Positions 1 through 11,937 of a DNA stretch of 64,000 bases are shown here, one piece after another. This DNA comes from Elsinoe ampelina (Eukaryota): the NCBI GenBank assembly GCA_010093995.1, contig ML992501.1, positions 1,855,583 to 1,919,582 on the forward strand, written 5' to 3'. Each line of letters starts with the position of its first letter. The first letter of the stretch is position 1. A program made the translations under genes and the position numbers. Below the pieces are notes generated by a model. That model saw nothing but the letters and a program-made list of their open reading frames with translations. It did not search any database and had not been told where the DNA came from.

Positions 1-482
1 GAGCGAGGCACAGATGTGACCATGTTGCATATATTTAGGAGCATGTTGGTGTAGCCTAATCATGAAATGTTCTCCATCAGATCCCAATATAATACAGTCA
101 TTCATTTCATGGTGTCGTCCTTGCAATCATGTCCACGCGCTTTCAATCTCACCTTGAGTTTATAGCACGTGAACGCCAAGGCATCCGCTGCGGAGCCGGA
201 GGTGAGTGTACAGTAACTTCAAGTACTCGACCAACTTGACCTTTTCTTCACTGCGAACCCAACGTCATTTCTTTTGCGAACTCGACTCGACCGCTTCGTC
301 GCTGCTCTCGCTGAATCGCTGCTCATCGATCATTTGAGAAACAGCAAGCTAATGGCCGTGTAGACTGAAATCCAACGAGCTTCCTCATCGAGTCCACCCA
401 CCTACCTCCCACCGAATCACCTTTTCGTACACGTCACCCAGCGACCGGTCTTTCCGAGCTCCCAGCCGTACCTTCCGCGACT

Positions 483-2431
483 ATGAGTCAACCAAATGGA
501 GGCCAAGGGGCCGGTGGTAATGGACCTACCATAGACATGATTCAACCACATCACATTGCCGGCATTCCCATTCTTAATGACGCGGACAAGCAGAAATACA
601 CAAAGGGGCTGGAAAACCTTTGGAACATAGTCAAAACAACTCCGGCGGATTCTGAACAGCATCAAAAGGCAGTCAATAAGATTAGAGAGGTATCTCGAGA
701 TCTGTTGCGCCGTATCGCGAATTCCAAGAATCGCGGAAACGCCCAAGCTCAAGGTCAGGCACAGCAAACGCAAGGTCAACAGTCAGCACAACAGTCTCAG
801 AATCAGAACCAGAATCAAGGTCAACCACAGGGTGGTATACCGAACAACCCGCAAATTCAGCAACAGCAGCCGCCGCAAGCTCAACCACAAGCCTCACAAC
901 CACAGCGCCAGTCATCGCAGCAAGGCAATAATCCGCAACAGATGATACTTTCGGAGACTGCCAAAAAGTTTTTGGCCCAGTTTGAGATATATCCCGGTCC
1001 CAACGTCCTGCCAAATACTCCTCAATTCGAGCAGTACAAGGCAAAGTTCACCGACCATCTCTCTAGGTGTTTGTATGCACAGGAGCGCTATTCTGCTAGC
1101 ATGAAAGAGTGGATGCTTCGCGACGAGAAACTGAAAGCTGCTGGCCAGTCCATGAGTCAAGAGCAGATCAAGAATCGAGAGAACCTGAAGGCGATGATGA
1201 CAAAAGCCAAGGCGGAGTTCGATAGGATCAAGAGCGACAATGAACGTAACAAGGCACTGTGGCAGCAAAGACAGCAGAACGCACAGCAGGGAGGGGATCA
1301 AGGCAACGGGAACAATCAGAACATGCAGGCTCAGGCTCAGGCGCAAGCACAGGCACAGGCTGCACAAGCACAAGCTGCGCAGATGAGACAGCAACAGGCC
1401 CAGCAGGCCCAGCAGGCTCAACAGGCTCAGCAAGCTCAGCAGCAAGCTCAACAGGCTCAGCGTCAGACTCCAGACAACCATCAACAGCAGCAAGCTCAGA
1501 CACCGCAAGCCATGAATGTTCCCACCCCGACGTCCAGCCAACCACTGCAACAACAATATCAGCAACAGCAGCAGGCCCGTCCCCAGCCAGTGCCGCAGCA
1601 GCAGCAAATGGGGCAACAAGGTCAGCAGGGTCAGCAGGCTGGCGCACCGCAGCCACTTTCACATCAAGCCGCTATTTCGGCTATCAACCGTACTTACAGC
1701 ACTGATCAACCTCCTCCTCAATCAAATGCGCCAACCTCACGCAGCACCCCAACTGCACAGACTCAGCCCACACCATTCCCTCAACCACCTGGAAGCAACA
1801 ACTTCAATTCATCCAAGATCCCCATTCCACAGAAACTCAACACTCCTCCCATCCAGCCAGTGCAAATGGCTCCAACCAGGCCAACTTTTGGCTCAGGACC
1901 ACAAGGCATGATGGGTCAGCCGGCTTTGCAGAAGCCTCCTGGATTCACTCTCGAAGGCGAAGAGGGCAGGGTGCTCAGCAAGAAGAAGCTTGACGAATTG
2001 GTCAGACAGGTCACTGGTGGCGGCGAGGGACTCACTCCTGAAGCAGAAGAGGTATGTTCACACCACGTTGAGTTACACACTCACTTCTGCACGAGCACGG
2101 CTGCTTGTGTTTCTCGTTTCCATCAGACTCTGTTCACATCGACACGTTGCTCAAACCAGTACTAACCATCTCACAGGCTGTACTCAACCTCGCTGACGAG
2201 TTCGTCGAGAGCGTCCTGACCAACGCCTGCCGCCTCGCCAAGATCCGCCCCAACGCCACTCTTGAGGTCCGCGACATCCAGATTGTCCTCGAGCGCAACC
2301 ACAACATCCGCATCCCGGGCTACGCTCTAGATGAGGTCCGCACTGTGCGCAAGTTCCAGCCTGCCCCCGGCTGGACCCAGAAGATGAATGCAGTCCAGGC
2401 AGCAAAGGTGATGGGTAGGCAGGATAACTAG
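483..2431 (+). CDS. TAF12: TFIID/SAGA subunit 12 (Q-rich N-terminus, C-terminal histone fold); intron 2052-2176
   Basis: [64 protein letters not shown] is the TAF12 histone fold; GTATGT...ACTAAC..CAG intron joins ORFs 483-2165 and 2105-2431 in frame. Confidence 0.93.
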
Positions 2432-2862
2432 TAGAATCTCAGGCCAGAGGCACAGGCTGAGTTGTGGCATCAAAAGGCGACGGAGGTCACATCAAGGAAG
2501 AGAGCAGCGCAGGAGTGAGGTTCCTGTGATGTGGCGATCACACACGGAGACACGAGAGTTCAACGACTTTTTGTTTTTCACGGCCGGAGGACAGACTGAT
2601 TCTGCAAGGCGTCTCGGGCACAGGGGTTCACGATATCAAATCGGGCATAGGAAAATACCACGCGGCGAGCACACCGCGAGATTGTAGCATCAGCAGCTAG
2701 TAGCTAAGCATTCACATGAAATGCAAAAAGATTCATGACTTTGTGTCCTATTCCTCGCTATGCCTTGTAACCCAACCATTCATTCCCCTTGCTACCCTCC
2801 CACCCGGTCTCCGCCGCCACAGTCTGTCCTCTCTCCCCCCTCGTCCGTGGCTGCGTGGAGCT

Positions 2863-3760
2863 TCACCACCCGTCCCCCCTCCCTTGATTCCTCCCCGCGT
2901 CAAAGGCCCCCTCCTGCTCGTCCCCGAACCTCCTCGCGTCGTCCCGGGCGTCGTCGTACCTCTCCTCGACTCTATCGCCGAAGCGGTCGATGCTTTGCTC
3001 TACGTCTTGCGGGATGTTTCCCACGTCTTGGCCGAATTGTTGCGCTTTGCCGTATGCTTCTCCTGCACTGTAGGAGAGGTCTTGGGGGATGTTTTCGATC
3101 TGTTAGGAGTAGAGGGTTAGAGATGGGGTTCCGGGGGAAAGGGAAAGGCAAACGGGAGTCAGATGGGCGGAGGGAGGGGTCAGGTGGAAGGTCAACTCAT
3201 GTCCGACTCTTGTCCGCTAGGGGATGGAGAGGGTCGTGGTGTGTAACAATTTGGATCATCACTTGGGTACCCAGGTAGAGGGGTTGGAGGGGCAACTTAC
3301 GCGGTCGGCGAAGCGGTCGAAGCCGCCTTCCACGCGGGTTTCGAACTTGTCGTAGTCTTGACGGATGTCTTGGGGGATGTCCTCGACCTGGGAGGAGGTG
3401 AGTGACTGGGTTGAGGAGGGGGGAGGAGCAGGGGGAGGTGTAGCGACGCACTCGGTTGATGCCGTTGTCGATCCGCTCTTCGGTGCCATATTTGACATTG
3501 TCGTAGTCTTGCCTCGCGTCGTCGCCGAATCGTTCAGCTTCGCCTACTTTGCGGCCTGCCCAGTTGGCTGCACCTTCGCTGAAGCCGTACTCGGAAGGGA
3601 AGTCGTAGGTGCGGTCGCCGGTGTCGTTGTTGATGAAGAGCCAGCGACCTTCGCGGGAGTCCCATTCTGCGAACCAGGGTTGGGGGACTTGTGGTGGGGG
3701 ACCGGACGGCTGGGAGTCGGAGTCGGTGAAGTTGGAGACGAGGTCTTTGAGGAATGACAT
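2863..3760 (-). CDS. WW-domain protein with hydrophilic D/E/R/G repeats; introns 3451-3388 and 3300-3100
   Basis: VPQPWFAEWDSREGRWLFINNDTGDRTYDFP is WW-like; GTGCGT..CAG and GTAAGT..CTAAC..CAG phase-0 introns give a continuous frame ending GRNQGRGDGW*. Confidence 0.75.
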
Positions 3761-4721
3761 GATGAGGGATGTGCGGCAAAGGTGGTGGGTCTTGCAGTTG
3801 AGTCTTGAGTAGTGTGGATGTGAGGACGAGAGAATGAGGCTTCATAGAATGTAAAAGACAGCTGAGGTTGGAGGTATACGAGAAGCTACCTGGAGCTTTG
3901 ACATTAATAAGCTTGGGCAGATATGTCGCGGATGCACAATCCGCTAATGATGCGATTGGGTTTGATGCGGTGCGTGGTCTGGAATGCCCTATCTGCAGGT
4001 CGTGCATGATGCCATTGTGGACCAACCATTTCGGACACGAGATCCGTCTCCGGGAGTCATTGGTCCACCTGCTGTTAGACACTTTGTCCGGAAGTCTGCA
4101 AGGCAGAATTATACATAGTGAGTTATAGAAAATAGTGGAAATGGAGACGATAGGTGTGTTCCTGAAAGATCGGCAGGGTATGGTTGTTTTTATTTCTTGG
4201 GGTAAATCAACGGCGTTCAGCTTGGCTACGATGCTTGATATTCATGTCTTTAGCCACATCCTACACCGCCAATTTTTCGATATGTGTAAGTGGCTTTCTT
4301 AAGCGTGTGTCTCTGGTCTAGCTTGCATGAGCTGACGCGTCCTCTCATCATGTCACCTGTCATCTGTTCTACCGCAACGTGCTGTATCTTTGCATGGAGC
4401 CTGTGATGTAAGGAAGGCCCAAACACATCTGTCACCCCCTCCGCGACCAGCTAATCCTGTCCGAGCTTGGACTGAGATACATGCTAATCCAGACAGTGTC
4501 GTCTGTCCCACAGGCAGACCGTGAGTCACGTCACTGCCCCACTTAAATACAGCCGGGTGCAATCGATGCTGTATCTACGCATTGAGTGTGAGTGTGTCGC
4601 AGCCGGACGCCTGTACAGGGTCGGTGGCATCCGCCTCGTGTGGCTGTGGTTGATTTCAAATCATACACCTCTGATGAGGGCAAGCCGAGCCAAGTTCGAG
4701 ATCATCATGAGCAGATGCTTT

Positions 4722-5489
4722 TCATCTCATTAGCCCTCCGAGATCTTTCTCCATCTCAGTGACTCGACTCTCCAGGCCTTTCTTCTTCCTTTCGAGCTCC
4801 TTGATCTCTCTCTCCTCCCTCTCAATGTCTTCCTTGGTCATGGTTGGTCCGCTGGCCTCGAATTCCATAGCTGTGCCATCGCCCTGAAGGTCCAGATCCT
4901 CCTCAGTCCATCCCTGTCGGGCGTACATGCTGTCCAGCTGCTTGGCATTCCTCGCCACTCTGTCCTCGTAGTGGGCGATGTTAGCTTGCAGCTGCTCATG
5001 TCTGGCTTTCAGCTTTGCGATTCTCTCATTGGCGCCGGCGACTGGATATACCTCCGACAAGCGTGATGCGCCTTGTAGCAAGACTTCGACGTCGATCTCC
5101 CCTTTTGCTCTGCTACGAGCCCCATATGCGGAAGCTCCAGTTGAGCCATCAGCCTCTCTGACCTTGCGGAACAGGTCCCGTCCTAGTACAGCCGCAACGG
5201 CGGTGTTTCTTTTTGGTGCACGTGACGCGTTCGGCGCCACAGCTATTCGGGAATTGTTGAACGCAGATCCGGAGAAGTTAGATTGATCTGGCTTGCTGGG
5301 CAAAGTCGGCGGAGCAATGGAGAACAAAGCACGCTCATGTATTTCAGTGTCGCGAATCAAGGCCGTGATGTCGTGTGGCGCCAGTAATGAGTTCTCAAAC
5401 TGCTTGGGCTTGGGAAAGTCAAGTTCCGCGATTGAAGCAGAGCATGCTGCGATCTGCTCCAGATGACTGCCCAGTAGAGATGTAGCCAT
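4722..5489 (-). CDS. SPC34: DASH/Dam1 complex subunit Spc34
   Basis: MATSLLGSHLEQI..FENSLLAPHDITALIRDTEIHERALF N-terminal motif, EVLLQGASRL..YPV and C-terminal coiled coil; first ATG at 5489. Confidence 0.85.
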   Translation of the reverse strand: MATSLLGSHLEQIAACSASIAELDFPKPKQFENSLLAPHDITALIRDTEIHERALFSIAPPTLPSKPDQSNFSGSAFNNSRIAVAPNASRAPKRNTAVAAVLGRDLFRKVREADGSTGASAYGARSRAKGEIDVEVLLQGASRLSEVYPVAGANERIAKLKARHEQLQANIAHYEDRVARNAKQLDSMYARQGWTEEDLDLQGDGTAMEFEASGPTMTKEDIEREEREIKELERKKKGLESRVTEMEKDLGGLMR

Positions 5490-5614
5490 TCTAATCAAGA
5501 GCTCGAACCTGAAAATCCTAGTCGGCACCAGGGTCGATACGCAGTACACGTATGTGAATGCACAGCGGATCATAAACATGACGCGAGACACGTGCGGAAC
5601 CTGGATGGATGCGC

Positions 5615-5621
5615 TGACTCA
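5615..5621. promoter_or_regulatory. AP-1/Gcn4(CpcA)-type TGACTCA site in the ~280-bp SPC34/RPN3 divergent promoter
   Basis: Exact TGACTCA; ACGCG (5581) and CACGTG (5589) nearby; function not demonstrable from sequence. Confidence 0.3.
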
Positions 5622-5771
5622 GCTCTTGAAGCTTCGGGGTTTGAGCTGTCATTGCTGTTTCCCATTCCATTGAGCTTTACGCTGATCATCTTCCTCCGAT
5701 TCAATACTTTCATAGTGCATTCATCTTGACTATAAGCAGAATTTCACGCCCAACAGCACATTACACTCACA

Positions 5772-7373
5772 ATGGCGGAGAAGATGGAGGGTGTGGAGAC
5801 GCAGGCTCCGGAGCAGCCTGAAGGCCCGACTGTTCAGCAGGTCACTGATGGTATGCCGTCATGAAGTTCTGGCAGTAGTCTATTACTGACTATTTGTAGC
5901 CATCACTTCCAACTTCGCGCTGCTTGATCAAGCAGTATCGCAATTCGATGGCCGCTTCACACTACGGGTTCTTCGGTCCATATCGAGCACGAGAAAGAGC
6001 CCTCACTTTGTCGAAGCTCTCTCCGCAGCTATCAACCATTTCGGCTCATTTTCCGATGACGCTGCTGTAAAGTTCTTGCAGACTGCGTTGGGTTCGTCCA
6101 AGAAGAGCGCGACGAATGGTGAAGTTGCACAGAAAGCTCCGAACACACCTCCTTCCTCAGAGACATTTGCCTACCTGGCTATTCTGGTCCAGGTAAGGCT
6201 CGGATGGTAATTTTCGGGGACCGCAGCATCTAACGTGATCAGGTTCATCTCTACGACGCCCAAAGGTACGCCGAAGGCGCCGAATTCTCATCGATCTTGG
6301 TAGACCGGATAAGAGAAGACAACAGGAGGACACTCGACCCACTAGCGGCAAAGGCATACTTCTACTACCACCTCTTCCACGAGCAGCTCGATCCGAAACC
6401 TCCTTCGCGACAGTCTCCGATTATCCAGACACGATCAAAGCTATTAGCCGCCCTTCGAAGCTCTGTCCTTCGAAAGGACGCCGACACCCAGGCTTCAGTC
6501 ACAGTTCTCCTCCTCCGCAACTACCTCTCGACCGCAGACATCACTCAGGCCGATCTACTCGTCGGTCAGACTCAATTTCCAACGACCGCTTCCAACAATC
6601 AAGTGTGCCGCTTCCTTTACTATCTTGGCCGCATCCGTGCGATTCAACTATCGTACACTGAGGCTCATGAACATCTCATAAGCGCGACCCGCAAGTCGCC
6701 GACACACAAGACCGCAGCTGGCTTCTATCAGACCGCGACGAAGTTGTTGATTGTGGTGGAGCTGTTGATGGGTGACATCCCTGACCGAGCACTATTCCGC
6801 CAACCTTCGCTGGAGACTGCGATTCACCCATACCTCAAACTCGTTCAGACCGTCCGTGTTGGAGATCTACAGGGCTTCACAAAGGTGGTGGAAGGAAACG
6901 CGGCTCAATTCCGCAAGGATGGGACATACACTCTCATCCTGCGACTGCGTCAGAACGTCATCAAGACTGGTGTCCGCATGCTTTCCCTTTCTTACGCCCG
7001 AATCTCATTACGCGATATCTGTCTGAGGTTGGGTGTGGAGAGTGAAGAGTCTGCAGAGTACATGGTCGCCAAGGCGATCCGCGACGGGGTGATCGAGGCT
7101 ACACTGGACCATGAGCACGGCTTTATGGAGTCAAAACAAGCAGGCGACATCTACGCGACCAGGGAGCCGGCAGAGGCTTTCCACGATCGTATTAAGGCGT
7201 GCTTGGATATCCATGACGAGTGCGTCATGTCCATGAGATATCCTATGAACAAGCACCGCCAGGAGCTCAAGAATGCTCAGGAGGCACGTGAGCGTGAGCG
7301 AGAGCTTGCCAAGGAGATCCAGGAGGGCGACATGGACGAAGATGATGCTGGGGAAGGGTTCGAGGGATTGTAA
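5772..7373 (+). CDS. RPN3: 26S proteasome lid subunit Rpn3 (PCI domain); introns 5851-5899 and 6193-6242
   Basis: NRRTLDPLAAK, SNNQVCRFLYYLGRIRAIQLSY, LRLRQNVIKTG, MRYP..RERERELAKEI; canonical GT-AG introns extend the ORF to ATG 5772. Confidence 0.95.
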
Positions 7374-7701
7374 TTGTAAGGTAGCACTGCATCGCGATAG
7401 ATGAATATGCAAAAGACTTACCCCAGGCCATTCTACCACACATCGAAACAGAGGGTCCTGATCCCGTCACAGAGGCATCTGCGTTCAAGCAGGTTGAGGC
7501 TGAGCCGCACTATTTATCTGGCGGCGCCAAATGAAAGAGGCGTAAACTAGTCGATCTGACATGCATGAATGCCCACGGCTGAGCCACGACCTGAACATTG
7601 CCTGATTGACAGGAAAGAAGTACGACTACTTTTCTACAGTTCGGCGTACCCACAGATCTATACCATCGAACTTTTACAGCAAGTTATCCTGTCTCACAAT
7701 C

Positions 7702-9258
7702 ATGACCGACAAGCCTAGATTGACGCTCCACGACTACACAGTAGGATGGATCTCCGCGCTTACCATCGAACAAGCCGCTGCGACAGCCATCCTGGATGAA
7801 GAACACTCCATTCCGTCGGATTTTCCTCGCAGTCCTAACGATAGCAACTTGTATACATTCGGCCGAGTGGGCTCTGTCAACGTCGTCTTCTCTTGCCTCC
7901 CAGCCGGCCAATATGGCACGAATTCAGCAGCTATCGTAGCAGCACGATTGGTGTACGCATTCCCGAACGTGAGGATCGGTCTCATGGTAGGGATAGGCGG
8001 CGGCGTACCAAGTCCAAGTAACGACATCCGACTTGGTGATGTGGTCGTTGGCGTTCCCACGGGGACAAATGGCGGTGTAGTCCAATACGACCTTGGTAGG
8101 TCCTTGCCGGATGGCCACTTCCAGAAAACTGGATCGCTCAATTCTCCACCTAAGCTTCTGTTGAGCGCCATTGCATCGATACGAGCTCGTGAAGTAGTGA
8201 GCGGCCACACCTTCGCCGGGCATCTTTCCGCACTTGACCTCCTACCAGATAACCCCTTCAGTCGTGACAGGGCAGGACCCGACGTGCTCTACTCTGCTGG
8301 AGACTTCCCGACGACGCGCGCGGCTCGAGGATCATCTGATCCTGTTGCCCACTATGGTACGATTGCATCCGGGAACAGAGTGATCAAGGATAGCGTGTCG
8401 CGAGATCGAATCAGTCAAGATCTGGGGGGAATTCTCTGCTATGAAATGGAGGCGGCCGGTCTCATGAACCACTTCCCATGTGCAGTCATTCGAGGGGTTT
8501 GTGACTACGCAGACTCGCACAAAAACAAGGATTGGCAGCCCTACGCGGCGGCGACTGCAGCCGCTTATGCAAAGCAGCTACTGTACACCATATCGCCAGA
8601 GGATGCTAAGGAGGATGGAGTGATCGACCCTCCTGAAGACCCATCCAGAGATCCTCCAGTGGAAGCATCTGAGCTGCGCTCACAGTCTCGGATCAGTGAT
8701 GAGGAGCTCTTCGATCCCATCGTTGAAGAATCAGGGACCCCGACAGAAGGAGCCCGAGTACAGGGCGGTCCCGGAAGGGGCAGACGTCGAAAAGTACGAG
8801 GCGAAATACGAGATACAGGTGAGCTGATTCAGGCATGAGGTGGATATCATGGACTCACTCGATATGCAGAAGATGAGGTCGATGCCAAAGACGAATTGCC
8901 GTCCAATGAGCACGTCAGTCGTACTCTAGAAGCCCTTGCAGCGGTACGCAGCCAGCCTTTGCCGACAAGGGCTCTGTTCACGCTTGTTGACCGCGCTACA
9001 CACGTTCACTTCTACCGTGAGGTGTATTCGGGTAACGGAACGCTGTATCGCAACACCGTCAATAACAGGGGTGGGACAATTAGCACGTCTGGTGGCGCTA
9101 TAAATATGGGTAGTGTAGGCGGATCGATGAATTCGACCATTACACAGCGTGCGCGAGGATTTAGTACTAGAGCTGGTGATGCGATTCGGGCGCCGATACG
9201 GGCTCTGCCTCCTTGGGGTGTGCTCAGATATTTGCCATCCTGGATCAAGAGGCGGTGA
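7702..9258 (+). CDS. PNP_UDP_1 (nucleoside phosphorylase-like, fungal NLR effector type) protein with N/G/S/T-rich C-terminal tail; intron 8819-8869
   Basis: DYTVGWISAL..E, GLMVGIGGGVP..DIRLGDVVV, YEMEAAG, IRGVCDYADSHKNKDWQ; GTGAGC..CAG phase-1 intron joins in frame to ORF 8896-9258. Confidence 0.85.
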
Positions 9259-9735
9259 TGACCTCGTACTATATGTTCCCTTGGGGATAGCTGAGGATCC
9301 TGTTCTCGTCCTAGATGAGAGAAAAAAAACTAGGAAGATGCAGAGCCGCATTCCTGGAAATGTTCCTGTGGCGCGGGGATCTGCAAGCGCCACGGCAACC
9401 GCGCGAACCAGCCCGTGCACTGACCATCAAGACCAGCCATGCCGCGCTTCTCCAGCCTCCATTTTTCTGTTACAGTTCACTCATTTCTGCTTGGATACTG
9501 CGCAGTCGCCCGAATTACGTAGACGCAAGCAGGAGAATTTTCATCACATGTGGCTGGATTCCCTGCCAAAGGTAAACGACGGCGTTTTTAATACTGTAGG
9601 TCCAGGCCGTCGTCCCTTCCCTTCTCACACACATTCCATCTCCAACATCTTCATATCGTCAATCCGTTGCTGGAAGACGGTTGACCGTTGTCTGTCAAAG
9701 AGATAAGCGCATCGTTATCTCCTAAGACATTCACT

Positions 9736-11283
9736 ATGCTATCATTAGCACCATCATTACGGCTGGCAACAGTCGCCCTACTATTCATCAACACAGCTTC
9801 ATCACAGACCTTCAGCGAGTGTAATCCGACACAAGGACAAACATGTCAGCCAAATCCAGCTCTCGGTCGATCGGCGACGGCAGACTTCACTGGCGGAGCA
9901 TCGAGTGACTTCACCGCTGTAGGCAATGTTGGGTATAGCTCAGAGGGAGCTACCTTCACCGTCGCCAAATCTGGAGACTCACCCCAACTACAATCCAACT
10001 GGTACTTCATGTTCGGACGCTTCGAGATCACCATGAAGGCGGCACATGGTACTGGCATTGTCAGCTCCGCCGTGCTACAATCCTCCGACCTCGATGAGAT
10101 CGATTGGGAGTGGCTAGGTGGACGACCAAGCGAGGTGCAGTCCAACTACTTCGGCAAAGGTGTCGCCACCAGCTCCAACCGCGGCGCCTTCCACGCAGTC
10201 TCCGCCACACAAACACAATTTCGCACCTACACAATCGACTGGACCGCCGACCAGATTGTTTGGCAAGTCGATGGTCAAACCGTCCGCGTCCTCAAGTCCA
10301 CAGACGCCAACGGCCAATACCCGCAAACACCCATGCAAGTACGCTTCGGCGCATGGGCAGGTGGCGACTCCTCCAACGCCCCCGGCACAATCGAATGGGC
10401 TGGCGGTGCGACAAACTACGGCGACGGACCCTTCACCATGGTCGTCAAATCCATCTCCGTCACCGACTACAGCACCGGCTCCGCCTACCGCTACGGCGAC
10501 ACCTCCGGATCATGGCAATCCATTGAAGCCGTCGGCGGCCAAGTCAACTCCCGCGGCGGCTCCAACACCAACGTCGCCAGCCCAGCCATCACGAGCACGA
10601 GCAGCGGCGGACCCCAATGGCGCGGCACCCACCGCAGCCAAACCACCCTCGACCCCAGCATCAACACGAACTACCCTGGCCTCCCTACCGGCTGGACAGT
10701 CACGAGTTCCGGCAAAGTCGTCCCGCCTCCCAGCGCGGCACCCGTAAGTGCGTCCATGATTCTCCCAGTTTCTTGCCCCCTTGACCACACCGACACATCA
10801 TTCCTCCTCTCCTCTTCTCACAATCCCTCAAGCCCTCAAGTGTTTGAAACACAGACTAACATCAACCAGACTCCATCCCCATCCCCATCGTCCTCACCAT
10901 CGCCTGCTCCCTCACCGCAGGTCTCGTGCGCGGCTTCTCCTGGCGTTGAAACGGTCCGCGGCTTCGACGACAGGGGAACGCCCACCACGTTCCTCGTCGC
11001 CTCTGGTGGCGCCAGACGCTACGATGATCGTGGGTTTTTGATCACCGCTGCGCCGGACGTCCCCGGGTGTGCGTCTACTGGTGCGGCTGCGGCTGCGGCG
11101 GGGGGGAGGGGGCTCGTTAGGGCCGAGGCGAGTGTTGCTTCTTTTTCTTCTTCTTCTTCTTCTTCGTCTTCTTCTCCTGGGGCGACGCCGACTGTTGTTA
11201 ATGGTGCTGGGGCGATGAGGGTCGGGAGTGGGGGGTTTGTGATGGGTTTCGCGGCGGTGGTTTTGGGGGTCGTGTGGTTGTAG
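9736..11283 (+). CDS. GH16 CRH-family chitin transglycosylase, signal peptide, probable GPI anchor; intron 10744(or 10748)-10869
   Basis: Signal peptide, CNPTQGQTC, catalytic DEIDWEW, YPQTPMQVRFGAWAGG, S/T/P-rich linker, hydrophobic C-terminus. Confidence 0.9.
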   Translation: MLSLAPSLRLATVALLFINTASSQTFSECNPTQGQTCQPNPALGRSATADFTGGASSDFTAVGNVGYSSEGATFTVAKSGDSPQLQSNWYFMFGRFEITMKAAHGTGIVSSAVLQSSDLDEIDWEWLGGRPSEVQSNYFGKGVATSSNRGAFHAVSATQTQFRTYTIDWTADQIVWQVDGQTVRVLKSTDANGQYPQTPMQVRFGAWAGGDSSNAPGTIEWAGGATNYGDGPFTMVVKSISVTDYSTGSAYRYGDTSGSWQSIEAVGGQVNSRGGSNTNVASPAITSTSSGGPQWRGTHRSQTTLDPSINTNYPGLPTGWTVTSSGKVVPPPSAAPVSASMILPVSCPLDHTDTSFLLSSSHNPSSPQVFETQTNINQTPSPSPSSSPSPAPSPQVSCAASPGVETVRGFDDRGTPTTFLVASGGARRYDDRGFLITAAPDVPGCASTGAAAAAAGGRGLVRAEASVASFSSSSSSSSSSPGATPTVVNGAGAMRVGSGGFVMGFAAVVLGVVWL

Positions 11284-11937
11284 ATATAGGAAGGAGGGGT
11301 CAGCGGTGGAGAGGGAAGAGAGAGGGAAAGGGGAGGAGAGGTAGAGAGGGGAGGATGGATGAGAGATGATTATGATAATGACTAGATTGGGACATCACCC
11401 TGTACAGGGAGCTCGCAAGGATGGGGGATCACAAAGACCATGGAAGGTTATGGATACGGATATGCATGGAGACAGGCAAGGCAGGGCTTGTCAAATTGGT
11501 ACATAGACTCTGCCATCAATGGTATACATCACGTCACTCAATCCACTCGAATCTCCTTGTGGCCGACGCTGGTGTTGGTAATTGCTCATGTCTCATTTCA
11601 AAGCGAGGTGTCTACGTATCGATCCTTCCTCGCCATCGATCTTCAAGCTAGCGTCTCCAATGCCAACTACCAATCCACCCGGGAAGAAAGAAAATAAAAG
11701 CGAGGGGTATATCATGCAACCATCCTTCCTCTCTCCAAATCCCCATCCCAGTCTCGAGCCAACCATCGAGAATCATCCAATCTTCCATCCCTCCCTTGAT
11801 CATCTATCCCTCAACCCCCTCCCAACCCACCTCTTCACCCCCGTCCCCCTCAACAGACTCGGGCTCGCCTGCTCTACCTCCTTACATTCTACAACCAATC
11901 CCATGCCCCTTTCGACACTACGCTCGTCGTCCTCTTC

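Noticed and set aside
730..1640. Q/QA-rich prion-like tract in TAF12
   Set aside because: Q-rich N-terminal extensions are usual in fungal Taf12.
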